Source: Octopus sinensis (taxonomy: Eukaryota). Taken from it: DNA of 64,000 nucleotides. Of the stretch, positions 36,711 to 48,662 are shown piece by piece (positions within the stretch are counted from its first letter, which is position 1; each line of letters begins with the position of its first letter). The translations under genes were made by a program, and so were the position numbers. The notes under the pieces are model-generated. The model had not been told where the DNA came from and made no database searches. It saw only the letters and a program-made list of their open reading frames with translations. The DNA is taken from positions 14,260,001-14,324,000 of the forward strand of contig NC_043009.1 in assembly GCF_006345805.1 (NCBI RefSeq), written 5' to 3'.

Positions 36711-37062
36711 TAAACCAAGATTTATATTTAAACCTGTATATATTAAACCTATGATATATAGGTTTAAACCTATAATAATTCATTAGATATTTTCTATCAC
36801 TTAAGGAGGTTATTTTACCACTATTTAAATATACATATATACACACATATATACGCGTGTGCGTGTGTGTATGTATGTATGTGTGCGTGAGTTTGTGTGT
36901 GTGTATGTGCGTGGGTACTCACATGCACACATTATGAGTGTCCTCAGAAATAGAGCTACAACATGACAGAAAGAAAATTTTAGACAAACTGAGATACGTA
37001 GGCAGATAGAAAAGGGGAAAAATGAGGTTTATCATAGTAGAAAAATACGAATTAATACTTGC

Positions 37063-37305
37063 CTATATCACTGTCGTAGTACATTCCAGCGTGTTCCCAT
37101 TTGTAAGCGTCGACGAGGCTCTGCATCGCTATGCTTACTTCTTCTGTATCAGGCACCATCTGGAATGTGACCTTGTTACTATTTTCCCGACTGACAGAAC
37201 TAGTGGATAGAAAAGGGATGCCAAGCTCCTCAGCCGCCATAACAGTACCAGGGTCAAATGGTCCAACAATCGTGTGGATGTTGTGAAGTTCCATATAGAT
37301 AATCG
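37063..37305 (-). CDS. iGluR-like gene, ATD exon (phase 1-1, GC donor)
   Basis: Acceptor tttttcgtccaatttag. 243 nt: IIYMELHNIHTIVGPFDPG..AAEELGIPFLST...FQMVPD...AMQSLVDAYKWEHAGMYYDSDIG. This is the iGluR/ANF-receptor ligand-binding pattern (IVGP, IP, W...YYD..G). Donor AG/GCAAGT. Confidence 0.9.
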
Positions 37306-37370
37306 CTAAATTGGACGAAAAATAGACATGTTAGAATCACATAAACAATGAACATAATTGATATATATAT

Positions 37371-37433
<63 letters not shown>

Positions 37434-37499
37434 TCACATACGCATACATATACAAATATATATTCTTAACAAGTTCACTAGCTAATCATTACATACCTA

Positions 37500-37832
37500 T
37501 ATACATGCGTACATACATATATGTATATAGAGTTACAAATATCGGGAGAAAATAACATGATGAAATTTATTTAACCAATGGAAATTCTTATATTACAACA
37601 ATTGTTTCGCGATTTAAGCATGCTAAGATATTTTATTTTATTATATTTCATAAGTAAATTACCACATGTCTGAATTAATATAAACAATCTCTAAATCAAG
37701 GCAGATATTAAGCTAGCTCATCAGGTGAGAGAAAAAAATCCATGTTAAACAATAATCCCCTGACATAATGTTTCAAGAACGCAAAGTCAGTATCGAAAAA
37801 TAGAACCTGAGTTATGGAAACTTTGAGTGAAA

Positions 37833-37864
<32 letters not shown>

Positions 37865-37900
37865 TTTATATATATATATATAGACATACTGCATACAAAC

Positions 37901-37945
<45 letters not shown>

Positions 37946-38190
37946 CATATATACATATGTATATACATAAAGGGAAAGTTTACGAAAATAAACAAAAGAC
38001 AAAGGCAGGTGGAGTACAAACAAACAAATGTATTAGTATAGCGCTCAGGAATAGAAAAAGTCGTTTATGTTTCGAGCCTACGCTCTTCGACAGAAATATA
38101 CACTGAAAAAAAACAAGGAGAGAAACAAGGAGAGAAAAAATGCGTGTAGGAGCTAACGATCTATCATATCGTCCTGACTTCGTATATGTA
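37500..38190 (-). mobile_element. Penelope-like terminal repeat remnants with decayed hammerhead motifs
   Basis: Minus strand: CTGATGA-gc...gc-GAAACAATTGTT (about 37593-37745) and CTGTCGA-a-gagc-gtag-gctc-GAAAC (38060-38096). Confidence 0.45.
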
Positions 38191-38230
38191 TATATATGAA
38201 GAGATGTATATATCTATACATAGATATACA

Positions 38231-38294
<64 letters not shown>

Positions 38295-38559
38295 ATCTAT
38301 AATTATAAACATAATTATAATTAGGGTCAGCTAATTGCTTCACTACATACCGAATTTAGAAATAGGAGTTAAAAATTGCTTTTCTATTACCGTAAGAACC
38401 TCCCAGACAGTAACACACTTTTTACGCTTAATCTAATTAATTTTACCCTTTTATTTTTAATTTGAAATTATATATATATAGACATGACATGAGTAAAAAG
38501 ACACCATTATAGTCACTGAAATTTATTGAAATCTGAAATTATACATTCAAATTATTTAT

Positions 38560-39240
38560 TAATTATTATGATGTGAATTTTTAATATTTAGTAGACATGC
38601 TCCCTTTTCAGTGCAAGGACCCTTTTAGGCATGTTAATAATCAGATGACCAATATTCTATTGTGGAAGTTTTATGCAGTAATCTCAAAAGATCTGGCTTT
38701 GAAGATGCTTTCTTTGTTCTTTTCATGAAGTGCCCTGTCCTGTCCAAATTGCTCCCCAGACCATCACAGAATAGTGGCCGTGATTCAAAGTTTGGGTACA
38801 ATCTTTTCGACTGAATTTCTTGGATCACAGAGTTTCCAGACCCATATCTGGCCTCATCGGAGAATATGACAGTGTCCCAAAATGCTAGTGGCCTCTCCAC
38901 CATCACAGTTTTTCCGCTTGATATAGGCTGGTCAAAGAAGTTGCTTCCTTCTTATTGCTCTGCCGTAGTAAACAAGTTTGTGCAGATACCTGACAGCTGT
39001 TCTGGAGCTGGCATCTACGTGTTCTGCTATGTCAGAGGTCTTGCAACGAGGATTATCTTAACAAAGAGAAGGGTCCTTCAGAGAGCACTGGTCAACCCGG
39101 GTGAGGTGATGTGGACACCTTCCCCTCTCTGGTGAATTGCACAATCACTCTATTAATTGTAGAAAACGGTATTCCAAGATTACCTGCGGTTTTACGCTAT
39201 GTCCACCTTCAAGTATGTCATATAATCCGTTTGTTGTCTT
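38560..39240 (-). mobile_element. Tc1-like transposase remnant
   Basis: ERPLAFWDTVIFSDEARY (first D of the DDE motif) preceded by a degraded HTH-like region. Multiple stops. TIRs not resolved. Confidence 0.65.
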
Positions 39241-39285
39241 AATCCTGTAAATATTTATGTAACGCAGTCATAATTTGTTTTTACA

Positions 39286-39316
<31 letters not shown>

Positions 39317-40770
39317 GAGTGCGTGTGTGTGTGTATAAATATATATATGTATATATGTATGTATACACATCACGTGCACACACGCATATATGTAGAGAGA
39401 GATGGAAGGATTGAAAGATGGACTGCAAAGAACTAAATTTAAAGGAAGAGTTCTTTGATGATTAAATTTCGTTTTGTATACTCACTTTTCAATTATCAAT
39501 TTAAAAAGTGTAAATGGAAAATAAATATTTACTTCGAAAACAATGTTTTAAACAGAAAATATATCACATTAGTCTACTTTATCAGTGATACCACAAGATA
39601 TGAAATTTTGAAACACATAAATTCATTTTCATTAACATTGAATATGTGCGTTAATGATCGAGAAAAGTAAAAACTATACGGTGCAAATTCTTACTCGAAT
39701 CTGAGAAGCTTCGCGAAAGGCAATCACAAATGAATGTGATTTCCGTACCATTTAGAATTTCCATTGTTTTTGTATATGTAATCTTAATATCCATGCTGTT
39801 ATGTCAAGCCATTTTCATAAATGTTATATCGGATTCAAACCCTGTCATTGCAATTGCCACGGAAAAGCCAGAATTTTTGTTTTTATGGAATCTTTGAATA
39901 CTCCTGCGGTATTCTTCAGTTAGATGTCAATCTGAAGAGTCTACGAGGAGTCAGAATATAAATTCTTATATGGAGGCATATCTTTCTTTAAAATGTCTTA
40001 AGTCATACTCTTTATGATTCTCTTTATCGGATATATCAGGGCTGATCCATTTGCTAGACAGGTAGCCCCAAACCAATAGTTTGCCTCTACCTAGTCGGGT
40101 AGCAACCGTTTGGATGTAATATTTCTCATACGCAACTCATCCGACCGAGATATTTTTGAACATAAGGACAAGTTGCAACTTATACTCCTGAGCGACGTGA
40201 ATGCATATGCGTTGCGTTTTCAGAGAAATTAACAATTCTTTTTTGCGTAACACGCCCCAAATGCACGAACTATTTGGATGATTCCTGATGGAACAACGCC
40301 AATTTTCAGGTAGTATTTTGTTGTACTTCACCGATACACGTGAATGCATCGTTCCAGTATTTCAAAACTTTAGATCGGGTCCTCTGGCCACGGGCAATCT
40401 GAATAGCTAACATATATAACCCACAACATCATAGTAAGCGGCAACTACAAACTCTTCTAACATCAGCAGATATAGCTCGCAATATCAATGTCAACTTATG
40501 CAGTCAGGATATTTTTAATCGCGACAATGAAATTCAGCTTTCGTTCACTAGTCGCATTATATCTTAAAACCATATGGTCGAATAGCTATAAATACCTCTT
40601 GGCAATACAGATACCATGTAATATCGAATATTGAATTAAAATACATCTTTATTGAAATGTACTTATACTAAGTCATGCACATATTCTCTTCTTCTTCTTC
40701 TTCTTCTACTCCTCCTCCTCCGCCTCCGCCTCCTCCTCGTGCTCTTGCGTCTCGTTATTTTTATTATATA

Positions 40771-40986
40771 GGCGACAAGCTGCTTGAATCGATCGCATGC
40801 TGGGGCAAATTGCTTGGAGCCATCTCGTCCGTCTTTACGTCTTGAGTTCAAATTCCGCTGAGGTAGGTCGACTTTGACTTTCATCCTTTCGAGATTGATG
40901 AAATAAGTACTAGTTGAATACTGGGATCGATGTAATCGACTAGGCATCTCCCCCAAAATTGCTGGCCTTGTGCAACAATTTGAAAC

Positions 40987-40987
<1 letters not shown>
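40771..40987 (+). mobile_element. tRNA-derived SINE family A
   Basis: B box gagttcaaattcc and core present, ends in an (ATT)n tract. Confidence 0.8.
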
Positions 40988-41071
<84 letters not shown>

Positions 41072-41130
41072 ATTATTATTATTATTATTGTTGTTGTTGT
41101 TGTTGTTATAATTATTATTATTATTATTAC

Positions 41131-41179
<49 letters not shown>

Positions 41180-41180
<1 letters not shown>

Positions 41181-41550
41181 CTCCGTAACACAGTGTAGGT
41201 AAAAGTGCACCGGAGTCTTCAGTCATCTGTCAAGTCACAACAAGGACCTCAGACACAGAATACTTTCCTTAAGATGTGCGCTGTGCCCAATAAGACTGCT
41301 TTTTACAAGACATCAATCTTGCATGTGATTTCTAGTTGCCTTAAGAAGTTTTGAAGTTTCAATGGGATCGAGCCAAATGCTCCAATCACCATTGGTATCA
41401 ATTTTACATTACCCTCTTGCATTCCATACAGTCTTGCCTTTTCTACTTTCAATTTGGAGGACTTAGTAACATTTTTCAACATTCATGTAATTTGGTATGG
41501 CTACATCAATGATCTGGCAGTATTTGTCTCTCTTGTTCAATACATATTGA
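41180..41550 (-). mobile_element. R4/Dong-type RLE 3' fragment
   Basis: CQIIDVAIP...IPMVIGAFGSIP...KAVLLGTAHILRKV*, then a 3' UTR and (TAA)n at 40988-41180. Confidence 0.75.
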
Positions 41551-41573
41551 ATCATCATCATCATCATCATCAC

Positions 41574-41639
<66 letters not shown>

Positions 41640-41647
41640 CATCATCA

Positions 41648-41719
<72 letters not shown>

Positions 41720-41724
<5 letters not shown>

Positions 41725-42620
41725 TAGTCTTATTTTTATAATGTGCTTTCACTGCACTACCGAGTACAGCTTTGTGTGCCTTGGGTATGTGCTGTGGTTT
41801 GTTGTGATGCTCTTATTTTTATTGTATTGAAAGTGTTTTACGTCGGATATGTGCGGTGTCTAGTAGTTTCTGTATTCTGTATGTTATACATACTTATTAG
41901 TCCTGATATTTTTGTCATATATTTGAATTTTTTTTCATACCTAATGTGTCTACTATAATAGGAATTGTTTCTTCTTTTAGACTCCCCATTCGAGCTACCT
42001 CTATTCCCAGATCTTTGTATTTTGAAAGTTTCTCCATTTAATTTAGAGAATCGTTGTCATCTCTTGGTATTGATACATCGATTAGAAATAAATTTTTTGT
42101 GACATCTGACAACTATATGTGGCTTGTTGGCCTTAATTTCTGTATCTGTGTGTATTGGCAAATCCAAAATTATGGTTACTTTCTCATTTCTGTGACCTTT
42201 TCTGGTATGTGCCTATACCATCTTTTTTCTGTTGTTATTCTATAGTGTTGGCATAGCTTCCAGTGTATGTAGGTCCCAACTCTGTCACGATTATGAATAT
42301 ACTGTTTCTTAGCCAGGACTGGGCAGCCAGAAACAATATGATTTACTGTTTCTGCTCCATTTCCATATATTCTGAAGCTAAATCTATTTTTATCATTACA
42401 TATTATTGGGAATTTCTGGTGGGGAGACTTTAGACTTGTGCTGCAATTAAAAATCCTTCAGTCTCTGCTTTGTGTCCTGAGCTTCTCATCCATTGTTGGG
42501 ATTTTGTTTTGTCTATTTCTTTTCTGTTTAGCTTAACCCAGTATTTGCCATGAAGGGGCTTTTCTTGCCATCCTTTTATTACGATCCGTTGGTGTTCCGG
42601 TTTTAGTTTGGATTTCAGTT
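41720..42620 (-). mobile_element. R4/Dong-type zinc knuckle/RLE 3' fragment
   Basis: WQEKPLHGKY...KAETEGFLIAAQ...WYRHIPEKV...IHTDTEIKANKP...LIDVSIP...EKLSKYKDL, with (TAA)n tail at 41550-41720. Confidence 0.8.
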
Positions 42621-43499
42621 GTGTTCCAGGTGGCAGTTCGTCTGCATTGGCGTTCTGTGCTCAAATTTCGTCGAGGTCGAATCTGGCGTTCATCTTTGTG
42701 GAGTCGACAAAATAAGTACCAGTTAAGCTCTGGGGGTCGATGTGATCAACTCATCCCTCCACTAAGAATAAGTGTGTATCTATGTCATCATTGTTTCTGT
42801 CAGTAGCCGTGGGGTATTCTTCCTTGTTTTGAATACAGATTTCGATCTGTGTTAGGATTTGCATCAATATCTTTATGGGATGGAGATTTTGTGACTTTTT
42901 CGTCGCAGGATACAATAAACTGGAACACATACACCCACATATACACACACGCACGTGCGCGCATTTACACCCGTATACACATACTCGCACATTTATATAT
43001 AATGCAAATATATAAAAGTATGACTGTTTAGTGCCGTGAGTTTTTGATTCAGTTGCGAGGAATGTTATATGGATCGTTAGTACCAACACTTTAAAGCAAA
43101 AAGGTAAGAAATTGTAGTCGCCTATGATTATCTTACTCAATGGTATTTTGGATACATTAGTTTCTGAAATGTGCAGACAATGAAAGTATATTATTTATTT
43201 AAATGATAAAACTGAAGACAGAATGGTTTAGTGACACTGTATTTTTACAAGTTTTGTGCATTTCAAACATCGTCTAATTATTCAATACAGGACGCCGTAC
43301 ATTTGTAATGTAATAAAGACAAATTATATTATCGTATTCTTTGAGTCTTATATTTTAAACATAACTCTGACTTGCACTCGGGCTCTAGACACTAATGACA
43401 TTAGTATCATAGTAGTCTGTTCGAATATCGAGTCGTTACATTTATGTCGCTGTGATTTAAGAGTATAATGCTATTAGTGTCACAAAACTTACTTCATAT

Positions 43500-45750
43500 C
43501 ACGTTGCTGCCTTTACGCTACCGTTCGCACAACAGGCTTGATGGATAATCAGGATTTTGTTTCTAATTAGCGTCTTTGGAAATGCTCATTAGAAGCTTTA
43601 TAGAAATCAGAAATCGGATAAAAAGGAAACTTCATATAAGGAGGCTAGAAAAGGGTGAAAAACAACCCTGAAGGAAAAAAAAAGTACCACCACTATAATA
43701 GATTTAACATCTAGCTGTAGTCAGTGTAACCTTTTGTTGATTGTAAGGATATGGCATTGTATATGTGCTCAGCAATTATATGAAGAGATAATCTAAAACG
43801 TAATATTCTTGTGAACCATTCATTAAATTATGATTTCAAAAAAATTGCAAAGGACCCATGCAAATTCAGTGACGTGTGGTTTAAACAAATATTCGTTATG
43901 GCTTCATACATGAAAGCCGAATTCAACAAGTCTCGTTTAGCCGTTTCATCGTGGATCTCAAAGCTTCTTTGTCATCATAATTTTGCAAAGTATAATAACG
44001 TTTATGACTGTACAAAGAATTATATAACAAGCAAATAACACAGATATGCTGAAGTGGATGCAGTGAAATTTATTGTCATCGGAATCAAAGTAGAGAGTGT
44101 GACAGCTTGGCTGTGCTGTGAAATAACTGGGAGAGGAAAACTGGAAGAAATTATTTCCAAAACACTCGACGATTTTATTACGAGGTATTCCTGACATCTC
44201 TTCATGGAGGCGGTAGAAGAATGCAGATCCGAGATGTTCAAATACAGAAACCTATTTTCGGCATTCAGGCATAATATATGATGAGGTTAAATCATTAGGA
44301 AAGTTTTACAGTTGCGTTTTTATAATTGCATTCATTTGAAAAATGAACTGATGGAATTGTGTAAGAAAATTGTAAGAGCAAGAGAGACATTGCTTCTGTG
44401 ATCAATGTTTCACATAGATTTTTTAAATAATTAGTAATGAAACTTGAGGTACGTAGGGGGATGAAGCTATCGCTTGGTTCCCTGTATGGGAAAATAATTT
44501 GGGAGGCAGTCTTTATAATTGCAACACCACAATATGATATGGATATCATATTGCCAATGGTAAGAAAATTTGAGTTAAATACATAAAAAATATTGCTTGG
44601 TTGTAAATATGACGTCTGTTATATAATTTCAGGAAAGAATAATTGTATGCAAGTCATGATAAAGAGCATATACCCAAAACTATGTTTGCTGATTGTGCTG
44701 CACACTAACTGAATATTGTGAAGTAACATCTCAATGATGTTCGAGAAGTAAAGAACTAGATTGGAAGTTTCTCTCATTATTTTTCCTGTTAGAGAAAGTA
44801 AGGTGATATCTCATTCTAAGTGTGACATTATTACTCGAAGCAAGATGGATGGCATATTATGAACGCATCAGAATATTTTTCCTTACTTTTAAAAGTATTT
44901 TCGAGCAGTTTTGTATTCTGCTCTCGTCAGATTCAAGTAAACACGACAGTAAACTCTCCACCTGGAATCCTTTTTGAGTACATCAGCTTTTTTTCATGCA
45001 TCTGGTAGTAATTTCCATCTATTCGATTAGAGTTCATAATACAAGCTCTCCAAGAGGTTCAGCTGAATGCAATGAAATAATATAGTCATGAGTAAGAGGT
45101 TCTGAGAGTGCTTCTTTGCCGCAGATAAAATACAGAAGGACAATCCAAGGAAAACTTTTGAAAGATCAACTCCTAATAGTAAAGAGCACTGGAATAACTA
45201 TTCCTTCCAAGTCAATGTGGTCGACAGAAATTCCGTTCAAATATTGGTGGCTGAATGGAATATTTGGCTCATAAAAACAGTGCTTCATATTAATTCTATC
45301 ACACCATAATTAGTAAGTTTATTTACTTCTGGTATTAAGCAGACCTTTGACTTGTATTCAATTTATCCTTAACAAATACTGAGGCTTACGGAGGAGCAAT
45401 TCATAGATGGCACATATCAAATCGAAAACTTAGAAGTAGTTACTTGTTTTGAAATTTCATCAGAAACGTTAGACGAAAGATAAACAGACAGCCTTGAGAA
45501 CATGCTTAAGCAGAGTGATCATACTTCCTCTTCTTCGGCAAGCTGTTCCATTTGTAGTATTCGGAGCAGCCTGCAGCATGGAAAGGTACAGACGAAAACC
45601 TAGTTTCAGTCAACAACTCCAGATAAACATCTATCTGGCCAGTGCATCATGAGAGTTAACAAAACAAAATTATTTGACAATGGACGTAAATCAACTCCAA
45701 AATTCTTGAATTCGCTCTCGCGATATATCTTTTTGGATATCTCTACAGCT
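43500..45750 (+). mobile_element. Old hAT transposase remnant
   Basis: GCKYD...SGKNN..Q..IK..YPK..F..CAAH*LNIV (about 44585-44720) matches the hAT YDGA...HC.AH.LNL pattern. KT*FQSTT..KHLSG.C (about 45595-45660) matches the C-terminal dimerisation motif. Confidence 0.55.
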
Positions 45751-46011
45751 CATAATATATGGCATGTGCATTTTTGATTTGCATCACTCAAGTTTTTTGT
45801 AATTTTGTACTCTTTTGTTACAAAAACATATGCATGCGGATGTATATATTAAGCATTATATATATATAACTTATAAAATAAGGGCAAAAGAAAAATTCTA
45901 ATGCCAAATATGCCGAAAAAAAGGACAAAATTGTCAATAACCATTATATATATATACATATGCTAAATATATCAATATCCATCTCCCCACTCTCTCTCTC
46001 TATATATATAT

Positions 46012-46061
<50 letters not shown>

Positions 46062-46077
46062 GCATATATATATATAT

Positions 46078-46142
46078 AATTAATCAATATAGGTGGCAAA
46101 AAAATTCTACAAAATTTTTTGCCACCCTATATTGATTAATTA
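46078..46142. repeat. Short inverted repeat (about 28-bp arms) next to (TA)n
   Basis: aattaatcaatataggtggcaaaaaaatt pairs with aattttttgccaccctatattgattaatt, with two 1-nt indels. Confidence 0.8.
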
Positions 46143-46298
46143 TGAATTTTCTGGTTAATTCCGTAATGGAATCGGCGGCTTATATTCATTTGCTGCCGAT
46201 AAATTTGGCGCGAGTGCGATGATTTGAAAATTTTAGGTCAGATATTGCCGAGGCAGGGACGGGAATGCCTCGTGAAAAATATCTGTTCCGACTTGGCT

Positions 46299-46405
46299 AT
46301 TTCTTACTGACGAATCTAAGGGCCTATGGTAGATTGGCTTGATTTAATTTAATCAGGTTAGTTTACCATTAAACAGTAGATGAAACGGTGCATCGTATAA
46401 GAAAT
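46299..46405 (+). ncRNA. Type I hammerhead ribozyme with extended stem II
   Basis: Perfect 8-bp stem I atttctta/taagaaat. CTGACGA 46307-46313. Stem II atcta/tagat enclosing a further hairpin. GAAA 46382-46385, stem III acggtgcatcgt, GUA triplet (A 46397). Confidence 0.8.
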
Positions 46406-46532
46406 TACAGGGTAAATGTTTTTGAATTTTCTCCTGGTTTACGGAATTGATGTTATTTTGCGGTTAAAGCTTTTGGCTGTTATTTCTAGTGGGTGAATGG
46501 CCTATTATGGCCGTTCCTTGATTGTGATGTTG

Positions 46533-46565
<33 letters not shown>

Positions 46566-46647
46566 TATATATGTATATATATATGCTATATCTATGTATC
46601 TATCTATCTATCTATCTATCTTTCTGTCTATCTACTCTCTCTCTTTG

Positions 46648-46727
<80 letters not shown>

Positions 46728-47149
46728 GTGTGTTTTTGTTTGTATAATCTATATTTATAGCTATATTACCTGCGCACACATATTAATATTTCACGTAATA
46801 CTTCAGTTAGAGCTGTAGATGCGTTCCTAAAATGCAGTTCTAAATGAAACGTTGCTATACATAGTTATTATAGCAACATAAATAGAGATAGAAGCTCGAT
46901 AGTCTATCTTAACGGAGTCATTTACACGAATGGAGGTGATAAACACTGTCAAACTACTAAAATAATCCAATTTTCAGGCATTAGATAATAATAATAATTC
47001 GTTCCTGTGATGCTGACACTGCAATATGGTTCTAAAGCGCATAATAGATGCATTATTTTGCTAACTCAAGCAGGCTTTCAATATAAAGCTCTTATCATGA
47101 GGCTTCCCTAAATCCTTCGTGCTATTATTTAGCATTATCTTTTCATTTG

Positions 47150-47800
47150 TTAACTGAAAGGAAACATTCAGGTTAGCCATTGCACACTTCAGATCATAGC
47201 TTCTTCCAAATATCGATGATGTAGTTCTGCATTACTTTGTCAATGGATGCTTTGATATTATCTGTGGATTTCATAATATGGTAGTTCTTCCAAAAGTTCT
47301 TGATACACTGTTATCTTGGTCCACTGTTTTACTCGGAAAGTTGTTTGAAGGTAACAGACCTCGATATCAAAGGCGAAGAAAAATACCTTTCGACAGGAAT
47401 ACAGGCCTAATGTATGTTGATATTTTAAGTGGATGTCTTGGAGTGTTATCAATCCCTATCCATGTTCAGGTTTATGTTTTATGTTTTTTACAATTGTGTA
47501 CACATTTCTGTTGTTATTCATAATTTCTTGTTTGATTTCCAGACAACAGGAATATACTGCCTATATTTGTTCTCGTGTTTCTGAATGATAAACAAGCATT
47601 GATCTCAGCCTGAAGCTTTCTGAAGTGTCACTGTTAAATAATTGTGTTAAATAATTTTTCTGACCTTCAACACCCAAATGTGTCTTTGCTTCCCAGGAGA
47701 CAAAAGAGTGAGATTCCTTTTCTATAAATTTCCTGTTCATCTACATCAAATAGAAGTTAGAATTAGTATTTGGCTTACTTAATGATACAGTTTTAATTCA
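47150..47800 (-). mobile_element. Tigger/pogo transposase remnant
   Basis: LVYHSE..., PVVWKSNKK, DNTPRHP, VDQD, NFWKNYHI...IWKKL match TIGD1-like DDE_1 motifs. Confidence 0.6.
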
Positions 47801-48489
47801 GTCTTTGTAACCAGTCTGATGGCCGGAAGGTGAAATGCGAATAACTAGACATGTGTTGCTAGGTGCCAAAATCATAAATAATCCTCGTCCCTTATGATTG
47901 ACGACAATTTTGAATTTTTCGCTTGTACTCACGAAAAATATGTACATAAACACACATATTTAGCACAAAAATGTAATTAGGGGTGATGAATGTATTATCA
48001 AGAGGCTTCCCATTAGATTTTCATCCGCATGCAATGCCATTAATCTTTGTGTGGTGGATAAAATAAGTGTCAGTTGATTATTAGGATCATTTATCTTCAT
48101 TGTGAATAGGGACACAAACCCATTATTTCAGAGAAAAATTTGAACGAGGCATGGTAGGCGACAATGTATTTTCCAAGTGTAATTATAAGCTAAGTCAAGC
48201 GAACAAATGTCAACCGAGACTTGAAATCAAGTCTCGGTTTCGGTTCCCCAGAATAGTTTTACAATATCAGCTGAATAATTACATGGGCGTACGAATACGG
48301 AAGTTAGGAAATAGCAGCCAATGTCACCCAGTAACTATGTTCCTTTTTCTTAGATCAGCTCCAGCAGAAATAGTCTGGAACTGAACAATGATACGGATTT
48401 TCTAAAGAGTATATAATTCATTAAATAAACTTCAAAATATTACTACTATTTATTTCAATGGATTTTAATATATATTCTTTTCAAAATTT

Positions 48490-48662
48490 GGCACAAGTCC
48501 AGCAATTTCAAGGTCAAATGGTACGTGTTCTCTCGATCTCGAAAGGTGAGAAGCAAAGCCGACCTTGGTGGAGTATGAACTCAAAACGTAACGGCTGACG
48601 AAATGCCGCAAAAGAAAAACAAAAAACCCTTACGCATGCTGACTGTTCTGCCAGCTCGCCGT
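48490..48662 (-). mobile_element. tRNA-derived SINE family A, degraded
   Basis: Reverse-complement head cggcgagctggcagaac and gagttcatactcc are recognisable. Confidence 0.65.

Noticed and set aside
43137-43163. 27-nt phase 1-1 micro-exon (TNVSKIPL) with good splice sites
   Set aside because: Not needed, since exons 56465 and 37305 already join sensibly. There is no homology support, and such short matches arise by chance.
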